A DNA stretch of 20,000 nt from an uncultured virus (IMG/VR IMGVR_UViG_3300038318_000272) (taxonomy: Duplodnaviria; Heunggongvirae; Uroviricota; Caudoviricetes), in the IMG/VR virus record IMGVR_UViG_3300038318_000272, positions 48,843 through 68,842 of that record, one strand, 5' to 3'. Below the pieces are notes generated by a model. That model was not told the origin of the DNA. It worked only from the letters and a program-made list of their open reading frames with translations, and searched no databases. Of this stretch, positions 1 to 5,667 are shown piece after piece. The position numbers and the translations under genes were made by a program. Position 1 is the first letter of the stretch; every line of letters begins with the position of its first letter.

Positions 1-537
1 GCCAACTACGATGAGAACACCACAACTGGTGAGGCGGAATTGAGAGTTCTCGACCTCGGTATGATAGATGCCATGTTCGCAAACTGCATCTACTACTGGC
101 AGATGGCCGAAAACTCCAGAAAGGTCTTGACGACTGGTACCGACACCCTTCAGAAGATGCAGACTATACTCCAGCCTCAACAGAGGTACCTTGGGTATGT
201 CGGCTCTGAGGTTGATGTCAACGGTATCAAGACTCTGCCTGGTAGGGACACTGGATTGATGGTCTCCACGTATCAGGGTGTACCCATGATATTCGATATG
301 TACCAGCCCAAGGGTTACGGTGCTACCGAGGACGGCCACACAATGGATGGTGTTTCGTCTATCTATCTTATGGATACGGACAACATCTTCTTTGGAGCTC
401 TCCGTGAGATTCAGGTCGATGCAACTGACAGCCCCCTGATAACCAACAGGTATGTCCGCCTTGCTGACATGAACTTGATGGGAGAGGTGCAGGCTACCAG
501 CTTCCGTGGTTCTGGTAAGATAAAGCACATAAAGTAG
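1..537 (+). CDS. Major capsid protein, HK97 fold, C-terminal part (5' end outside window)
   Basis: Frame 1 is open from base 1 to TAG 535-537, so the TTG at 40 is not the true start. Motifs VSTYQGVPMIFD, SIYLMDTDNI and terminal GEVQATSFRGSGKIKHIK resemble the C-terminus of HK97-type capsid proteins of archaeal tailed viruses. Lies upstream of neck genes. Confidence 0.82.
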   Translation, partial: ANYDENTTTGEAELRVLDLGMIDAMFANCIYYWQMAENSRKVLTTGTDTLQKMQTILQPQQRYLGYVGSEVDVNGIKTLPGRDTGLMVSTYQGVPMIFDMYQPKGYGATEDGHTMDGVSSIYLMDTDNIFFGALREIQVDATDSPLITNRYVRLADMNLMGEVQATSFRGSGKIKHIK

Positions 538-555
538 GCGCACAACACGCCAACT

Positions 556-580
556 AAACCCTTTACTTATTTTTACATTT
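556..580 (+). terminator. Oligo-T-rich putative archaeal-type terminator, copy 1 of a 25-bp direct repeat
   Basis: AAACCCTTTACTTATTTTTACATTT begins 19 nt after the capsid stop. 23/25 identical to 1833-1857. Confidence 0.55.
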
Positions 581-592
581 TAAAGTTTAATT

Positions 593-677
593 TGGAGTGG
601 GGGATGGGAATCGAACCCACGAACCTCTACGGAAAAGGTCTTAAGCCTTTTGCATTTGGCCACTCTGCAACCCCCAC
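593..677 (-). tRNA. tRNA-Leu (anticodon UAA), 85 nt, CCA encoded, no intron
   Basis: Minus strand folds as acceptor GTGGGGG/CCCCCAC, D arm GCA-GAGTGGCCAAA-TGC, anticodon arm AAAGG-CT TAA GA-CCTTT, long variable region TCCGTAGAGGTTC, T arm GTGGG-TTCGATT-CCCAT, then T-CCA. Confidence 0.95.
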
Positions 678-678
678 A

Positions 679-763
679 TGGAGCGAGGGAAGGGATTTGA
701 ACCCATGAACCTCTACAGATGGAGTCTTGAGCCCCACGCCTTTGGCCACTCAGCAACCCTCGC
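679..763 (-). tRNA. tRNA-Leu (anticodon CAA), 85 nt, CCA encoded, no intron
   Basis: Minus strand folds as acceptor GCGAGGG/CCCTCGC, D arm GCT-GAGTGGCCAAA-GGC, anticodon arm TGGGG-CT CAA GA-CTCCA, variable region TCTGTAGAGGTTC, T arm ATGGG-TTCAAAT-CCCTT (one T.T mismatch), then T-CCA. Confidence 0.93.
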
Positions 764-788
764 TTGTAATTCTTACACACTCTGTACC

Positions 789-803
789 TATTTAAACATT
801 TTC
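789..803 (-). promoter_or_regulatory. Archaeal BRE/TATA promoter for the tRNA pair
   Basis: Minus strand reads GAAAATG-TTTAAATA. The TATA box (796-789) ends about 25 nt upstream of the first tRNA 5' end at 763. Confidence 0.72.
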
Positions 804-812
804 ATTTCCCAA

Positions 813-826
813 ACTGTTTTTATATC
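813..826 (+). promoter_or_regulatory. TATA-box promoter for the 875..1819 gene, divergent from the tRNA promoter
   Basis: ACTGTTTTTATATC, near-identical to ACTGTTTATATATC at 1866-1879. AGGAG ribosome-binding site at 864-868 precedes ATG 875. Confidence 0.6.
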
Positions 827-874
827 CTAATATATATGGCCGTGTATGAGTGAGCAATCACTTAGGAGATTACC

Positions 875-1819
875 ATGGTAACAATAACCGCAAGCGCAGG
901 AACTGGAGGGACTATAGACCCTACTGGAGAAGTTACGGTTGAAGCGGGTGGAAACCAAGTCTTTACTTTCACCCCCTCAACTGGATATGAGGTTGATACT
1001 GTTCTCGTCGGGGGTGTAGCCGTCACAGTTACAGGCAACACCTACGAGATTGAGAACGTGACCGCAGATACAACTATCGCTGTATCTTTCAAAGAGACCA
1101 TAGTCTCTTACACCATCACCGCAACTGCTGGAACAGGCGGGACTATAGACCCGACTGGAGAAGTCACTGTCGTATCGGGTGAGGACCAGACCTTTACCTT
1201 CACGGCAGGGGCTGGATATGAGATAGATAAGGTACTTGTCGATGGGGTGGAAGTCACCATTTCTGGTAACACCTATACTATGACGAATGTGACGGAAGAC
1301 GGAACGATTGCTGTTTCCTTCAAAGAGACCATAGTCCCTTACACCATCACCGCAACTGCTGGGAATGGCGGAACTATTGCACCGTCTGGTGCGGTGGAAG
1401 TGGAAGCTGGAGCAGACCAGATTTTCACAATAACGGCTGGAACTGGCTTTGAGATAGATGATGTTCTTGTAGGCGGTGTTTCAGTTGGAAAGGTAGGAAC
1501 CTACACGTTCGAGGATGTGTCGGCTGATTCCACCATTGCTGTGTCTTTCAAGGCGGTTGAGCCCGAGCCCGTTGTCGTAGGCCCTCGGGCCAAAGTGATA
1601 CATGACGTGTTTGGAGCTACCCGTGTAGATGTCATACACCTTAGAGGCAGGTATGCTGTCGGCGGAGTCAAGATTGGCCTCAAACAGGGCATCGTCTTAC
1701 TCGATGGTGGATTCATAGGCAGTATAGTCGGTGGTGCCTTGGTCGTGTCTAACGGCAGTGGAGAGCTCTCTGCTGGGACTGTTGTAGACGGCATATCTGG
1801 GATTGTTTTCTATAAGTAA
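875..1819 (+). CDS. Putative capsid decoration/head fibre protein with three tandem ~77-aa beta-rich repeats (divergent InlB B-repeat/Flg_new_2-like) and a C-terminal ~80-aa virion-anchor-like domain
   Basis: Three copies of YTITATAGxGGTIxPxGxVxVxxGxDQxFTxTxxxGYEIDxVLVxG...YTxxNVTxDxTIAVSF, a PEPVVV linker, then a small domain with YAVGG...ELSAGT. No signal peptide or membrane anchor. Located between capsid and adaptor genes. Confidence 0.65.
   Translation: MVTITASAGTGGTIDPTGEVTVEAGGNQVFTFTPSTGYEVDTVLVGGVAVTVTGNTYEIENVTADTTIAVSFKETIVSYTITATAGTGGTIDPTGEVTVVSGEDQTFTFTAGAGYEIDKVLVDGVEVTISGNTYTMTNVTEDGTIAVSFKETIVPYTITATAGNGGTIAPSGAVEVEAGADQIFTITAGTGFEIDDVLVGGVSVGKVGTYTFEDVSADSTIAVSFKAVEPEPVVVGPRAKVIHDVFGATRVDVIHLRGRYAVGGVKIGLKQGIVLLDGGFIGSIVGGALVVSNGSGELSAGTVVDGISGIVFYK
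878..1555 (+). repeat. Three coding tandem repeats, 231-bp period
   Basis: 1088-1131 and 1319-1362 match at 43/44 nt. GGGACTATAGACCCnACTGGAGAAGT occurs at 908 and 1139. Both offsets are 231 nt. Confidence 0.92.
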
Positions 1820-1832
1820 ACACCCACCCCCC

Positions 1833-1857
1833 AAACCCTTTTCTTCTTTTTACATTT
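1833..1857 (+). terminator. Oligo-T-rich putative terminator, copy 2 of the 25-bp direct repeat
   Basis: AAACCCTTTTCTTCTTTTTACATTT begins 14 nt after the stop of 875..1819. 23/25 identical to 556-580. Confidence 0.55.
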
Positions 1858-1865
1858 GGGCTTTT

Positions 1866-1879
1866 ACTGTTTATATATC
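1866..1879 (+). promoter_or_regulatory. TATA-box promoter giving a probably leaderless transcript of the neck genes
   Basis: TTTATATA at 1870-1877 ends about 22 nt before ATG 1900. No Shine-Dalgarno sequence in between. Confidence 0.68.
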
Positions 1880-1899
1880 TCAAAAAGTATCCTGCCTTC

Positions 1900-3090
1900 A
1901 TGTCTTTAATCGTCTACCCGAGTGAATCTTGGGAGTTTTCATATAAGGGGTATGAGGGGATGGGACCCTATGTCGAGAATGGAGTAGAGGTTGCATCTCT
2001 CGAAGAGGATGAGAGCAACAGACAACTCAGAATGAACATCAAAGAGTTACCTAAAAACTTCAAACTTAAGGTGTATTTCAAAGACCCACTCGGCGCATCT
2101 ATAGCCATTGAGAACAAATTGATGGTTTCTTTCAAGGCAACGTCTACCCCTTCCGATTTCAATAAATTCGAGTTGTTCTTAGAGGATTTCAACGGCAAGA
2201 TTGCAACATACTCTTTCAACAACGAGGACTTAGGAAAAGAGACCAGAATCAACACCAAGGCACTGGTCAAGGAAACAGGATTCAACGATTCATACGTAGT
2301 CAAGATAGGATTCAACATAGATACGTGCAAAGTTGAGAGGAACGGGTTTATGTTCGTACTCGGCGGATTGGAGTTCTCTTCCGCACAGAACCCTTCTTAC
2401 TGCGACCCCCAAGAGGTCATAGAGTTCTTAGGCATGGTCGATAACAGAGGTCAACCCTTTAAGCTCACGGAAAGCTCAACCCCAACATATTCTGCGATAG
2501 CAAAGCGTATTGTAGAAGCCGAGGCATACGTTGAAGCTCAATGCAGACGGGCGTGGATAGAGAGAAGAGTGGTCGGAGAGATAAGAAATGCGTCTTATTT
2601 CGGAATCACTGCAACTCGGTATGCGAGGTTGGCGATGGATACTCATTCCGAATCTGGATTGAATATGCTGTTCAGAGGTATCCCCGTGAAACTCACGAAC
2701 AACTACATTCTCCCGATAGACAACTCTAAAGGAGATAAGGTTGAAGTGAGGAGATATGGAGCGCATTGGGTGGATGTGTCAGACCAAGCAGTATGGGAAG
2801 ACCCGTTGAAGGGGATAATATTCATTCAACAGTTCTTCGTTCAGGATGATACGTCCGTTCGTGTAACGTACAGACACGGCCACGGCCCCGTGCCCGATGA
2901 TATCAAGCGTGCTGTATTGCTCAAATGCGCCATGCAAATCATTCAGACGGATTGGTTCAGACAACACTTTCCACAAGCGTGGGAAGAGGGTTTCGCCCCT
3001 AACAAAGGAGATGTTTATCGTGCATGGACATGGGAGCTCAAGAACATACTCTCCGCCTATTCGTCTCACTTTGCGATAGGGGGAATGTGA
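1900..3090 (+). CDS. Head-tail adaptor (HK97 gp6/SPP1 gp15-like) with an extra ~165-aa N-terminal beta domain
   Basis: Adaptor-type motifs SYCDPQEVIEFL, RIVEAEAYVEAQCRR and VRVTYRHGHGPVPDDIKRAVLLKCA from about nt 2395 onward. Position after the capsid region fits. Confidence 0.75.
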   Translation: MSLIVYPSESWEFSYKGYEGMGPYVENGVEVASLEEDESNRQLRMNIKELPKNFKLKVYFKDPLGASIAIENKLMVSFKATSTPSDFNKFELFLEDFNGKIATYSFNNEDLGKETRINTKALVKETGFNDSYVVKIGFNIDTCKVERNGFMFVLGGLEFSSAQNPSYCDPQEVIEFLGMVDNRGQPFKLTESSTPTYSAIAKRIVEAEAYVEAQCRRAWIERRVVGEIRNASYFGITATRYARLAMDTHSESGLNMLFRGIPVKLTNNYILPIDNSKGDKVEVRRYGAHWVDVSDQAVWEDPLKGIIFIQQFFVQDDTSVRVTYRHGHGPVPDDIKRAVLLKCAMQIIQTDWFRQHFPQAWEEGFAPNKGDVYRAWTWELKNILSAYSSHFAIGGM

Positions 3091-3597
3091 GTGGCATCCA
3101 AGTACCCTAACGATTTCGTTGAGAGCGGGTATGTATATGATGATGTTCAGCTCCTATTCAAGATTCTTTCCACAAATTGGAGGAGAGAAGCTTTCAAAGA
3201 CGACGTTGTGATATTCTGGGACGAGGATAACGACATATCAACATTCAACTTCGGTACAGGAGAGATTGCAGTCAAGATACTCGATGAGGAGATGATTGTC
3301 GAGAAGAAAGGAATGGCAAGAGACTCGGAGCAGATTGACAGATTCATAAGTATTGATGTCAGAGCACTGGACAGGGAGAAGTTCTTATCTGTGATGGGGG
3401 AAGTCAGACGTATATTGAATCTTTATCGGTTGAGACCTGGGAACGAGTATGACGTTCTGGACTTTCAATCATACTATCCTAAGAGACCGAGCTACAAGTT
3501 CTATCACGGACAGATAAAGGTTGTTTTCAAAGCCTTCTACAAGATATTGCCCGTTGCGAATTGGTTAGGGTGTTCCGAAAGGCCGAGAAGCGGATAG
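3091..3597 (+). CDS. Putative tail terminator/tail completion protein
   Basis: 168 aa, GTG start abutting the previous TGA, G-rich RBS upstream. Immediately precedes the tail tube gene. ISIDVRA...VMGEVRRIL strand-helix pattern fits lambda gpU/SPP1 gp17-like proteins. Confidence 0.6.
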   Translation: MASKYPNDFVESGYVYDDVQLLFKILSTNWRREAFKDDVVIFWDEDNDISTFNFGTGEIAVKILDEEMIVEKKGMARDSEQIDRFISIDVRALDREKFLSVMGEVRRILNLYRLRPGNEYDVLDFQSYYPKRPSYKFYHGQIKVVFKAFYKILPVANWLGCSERPRSG

Positions 3598-3607
3598 GGC
3601 CCCAACG

Positions 3608-3620
3608 ACTAGTTTATATT
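3608..3620 (+). promoter_or_regulatory. TATA-box promoter of the tail operon
   Basis: ACTAGTTTATATT in the gap after TAG 3597. Followed by a TGTACT-CAAA-AGTACA inverted repeat (3642-3657) and an AGGATGA RBS-like sequence (3657-3663). Confidence 0.58.
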
Positions 3621-3668
3621 TCTCACACTATATGCAGTCATTGTACTCAAAAGTACAGGATGATTGTC

Positions 3669-5000
3669 ATGAGTGGATACAGATTTGCAGTTGGTTGGGG
3701 AGAACTCGATAGAACGAAAGCTACTGCTGGAGCCTATACGGGACCCACGGTAAAGGTTAACGGGGTAGAGCATACCCCCTTCAACAGGCTCCCCTTCTCT
3801 GGGAATGTCATGAAGACCCCCTCTCAGATTTTTGCAGAGAGGGAAACCACAGTTGAGGGTGAAAAACCCCTAATCAAAGACCTTTATGGAAGGTTCGGTG
3901 CTGGTGTCTCTGTATCTATCACTCGTAACCGCAATCTCAATCCTGTCTATGACCACGGCATAAGGCATTTCACTGCCGTATCGTCTGGGATGTATGATGT
4001 GGGTTTTGAGATAAATGGAAAATTCTCCCCTGAATTCTCTCAGTGGCTCGCATACATCTATGGCACGAATGAAGTAGAGATAAAAAGCGATACAACCTTT
4101 GCAAATATAAATTCTGTGATACCTGAGAAGATATTTAACTATCTTAAATCTGCTGAGACTGGCGTGACGAAGACCGTGTACGCTTTCAAGAATTGGGCAG
4201 TTCCTAGGATGTTCGACTTAGCGTATGTGCAAGTTAACTCTGTTACACCCGCTGGCGGTAAGAACATACTCGGTATTCTGGTCGGATGTGCCATTGACAG
4301 CGTAACCCTTACTTATGAGTCTGGAAATGATGCTACTGCTACTTTCAAGATAAGCGGTGTTGCACTCAACGATTTCGTACAGATGGCGGATGTCCCCTTC
4401 GACCTGAATTGCTACATAGCAGACATACCTCTCAACGTGCTGGTTGCGGGGTGCCTGAGCAAGGGTCAGGAAGACGGGACCGAGATGAAATACACCCCCA
4501 TAGCGCAGACTGAGCGTGCAGAGATTACCATCTCGAATAACCTCTATAAATTACCTCAGTGCCTGGATAACGTCTATTCGGGATACGCTTATGGGAATCT
4601 GGATTTCGGGATATCCACCAAAACTTACTCCAATGACCCCGATAAGTACCTGAAGCACCTGTACGGTGTTGACACTATTACGGCAAATCAGTTGTTCGTT
4701 ACAAAGAAGATACCGAAGCCGATACCCCACCTCCTGATTCGCTCCGATAACTCCTCGATAACAGAATCAGCTACTCATGCGCTGGAGATATTCCTTGAGG
4801 GCACCTATGTAGGGCAGTTGGATGTGGCTCCGTCCGAGGGTAACCCTATCATGGATGAGCCTGAGCTATCTCCCAGAAAGCTATATATAGCTGTAACTAC
4901 AACTGCTGGTCAGAACGAAGAGGAATACGTTCCCGATGCTGGCGACCCTACTAACGATGTTGCGCTGGATGCGGACTATTTCTATGGTTCTTTAGATTGA
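3669..5000 (+). CDS. Major tail (tube) protein, about 443 aa
   Basis: Start reassigned from 3561 to ATG 3669 (in frame, downstream of TATA and RBS; ATG 3660 is also possible). Beta-rich tube-like motifs SVSITRNRNLNPVY, LVGCAIDSVTLTY and AEITISNNL. Lies between terminator and chaperone. Confidence 0.78.
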   Translation: MSGYRFAVGWGELDRTKATAGAYTGPTVKVNGVEHTPFNRLPFSGNVMKTPSQIFAERETTVEGEKPLIKDLYGRFGAGVSVSITRNRNLNPVYDHGIRHFTAVSSGMYDVGFEINGKFSPEFSQWLAYIYGTNEVEIKSDTTFANINSVIPEKIFNYLKSAETGVTKTVYAFKNWAVPRMFDLAYVQVNSVTPAGGKNILGILVGCAIDSVTLTYESGNDATATFKISGVALNDFVQMADVPFDLNCYIADIPLNVLVAGCLSKGQEDGTEMKYTPIAQTERAEITISNNLYKLPQCLDNVYSGYAYGNLDFGISTKTYSNDPDKYLKHLYGVDTITANQLFVTKKIPKPIPHLLIRSDNSSITESATHALEIFLEGTYVGQLDVAPSEGNPIMDEPELSPRKLYIAVTTTAGQNEEEYVPDAGDPTNDVALDADYFYGSLD

Positions 5001-5014
5001 ATAGGTGAATAATA

Positions 5015-5428
5015 ATGAGTGGACAACTACCCAAACTACGCACAAAGGTGTTCTCTCTTGAGCCTTACGGAGGCGAGGGGGAATTCACTCTCAGAGAACT
5101 CTCTGGGATGACCAAGCAGGCTATAACCATGAACGTGCTCAGGAAAGCATCAATCGACCTGGGCAGAACGGACTTCCTTCCTAACAACACTTCTAAGAAG
5201 AAGGTGGAGGGTGGCGACCTATCCATTGAAGCTGTGCTGATGATATATAGTTTCGAGATTTACAAGGCACAGATTCTGGCAAGCGTTATAGATGGACCTG
5301 GGGTGGAGAACGGAAGATTGAGCGTAGAAGCAGTCAATTCCTTCAGGGAGGATTTGATAGAGGGGCTTATGGAGGCGATACTCGACTTCGATAAGTTCCC
5401 TTTAGTGCAGACAGGTGGGACGGAGTAG
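5015..5428 (+). CDS. Tail assembly chaperone (lambda gpG equivalent)
   Basis: 137 aa between tail tube and tape measure genes. AGGTGA RBS at 5003-5008. FTLRELSG motif near the N-terminus. Slippery heptamer near the 3' end. Confidence 0.8.
   Translation: MSGQLPKLRTKVFSLEPYGGEGEFTLRELSGMTKQAITMNVLRKASIDLGRTDFLPNNTSKKKVEGGDLSIEAVLMIYSFEIYKAQILASVIDGPGVENGRLSVEAVNSFREDLIEGLMEAILDFDKFPLVQTGGTE
5398..5404 (+). other. Programmed -1 ribosomal frameshift site C CCT TTA
   Basis: X XXY YYZ heptamer in the correct phase (codons TTC CCT TTA at 5396-5404). The -1 frame is open from here to TAG 5665-5667. Confidence 0.82.
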
Positions 5429-5667
5429 AAGAAAGAGCGATAGACGCATACGTGAGAGGTGTAGAGTTCGGCTCAGACAACCTCGAAATAAACTCTTTGA
5501 TAGTGATGGCAGACTGGATGGCTAACACAGGTAAGGGGTCTGCGGACTGGATGGATTTATCCGATTCAGACCGCAAACTCCTTATCGTAAACTATTTCGC
5601 AAGGGAGAGGAGAAATAAGAGCATGATGAAGTTGGCGATTCAGGAGGCTTTTAGTAAAAATGGGTAG
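5404..5667 (+). CDS. Frameshift extension of the tail chaperone (lambda gpGT equivalent), fusion about 217 aa
   Basis: The -1 frame reads SADRWDGVEERAIDAYVRGVEF... and runs into the tracked ORF 5452..5667. WMDLSDSDRKLL resembles gpT-like segments. It overlaps the tape measure start. Confidence 0.78.
   Translation, partial: SADRWDGVEERAIDAYVRGVEFGSDNLEINSLIVMADWMANTGKGSADWMDLSDSDRKLLIVNYFARERRNKSMMKLAIQEAFSKNG

Noticed and set aside
593..763. tRNAs as host genes marking a provirus attachment site
   Set aside because: Viral structural genes continue on both sides, no integrase or partial tRNA duplicate is in the window, and both tRNAs are complete.
580..780. 66-aa minus-strand ORF
   Set aside because: It coincides with the two tRNA genes and is a translation of tRNA sequence.
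3561..3668. N-terminal extension of the tail tube ORF as given in the ORF track
   Set aside because: It overlaps the upstream gene and spans the TATA box and RBS. ATG 3669 (or 3660) is the more credible start.
5456..5484. Imperfect hairpin (GAGG...CCTC) as frameshift stimulator, and GGAGG at 5371-5375 as internal SD
   Set aside because: The hairpin is about 50 nt downstream and the SD about 22 nt upstream of the slip site, both outside the usual stimulatory spacing.
535..5667. Pyrrolysine or other TAG readthrough at the four TAG-ending genes (537, 3597, 5428, 5667), including a capsid-decoration fusion
   Set aside because: Readthrough hits another stop within a few codons at 3597, 5428 and 5667. 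At 537 it runs through the T-rich motif and antisense tRNAs to a TGA near 707, never reaching the 875 ORF. No long ORF is interrupted by in-frame TAG, so TAG behaves as a stop.
5452..5667. Independent 71-aa gene starting at GTG 5452
   Set aside because: No convincing RBS, and the frame is open back to the slippery site. Better explained as the frameshift extension.
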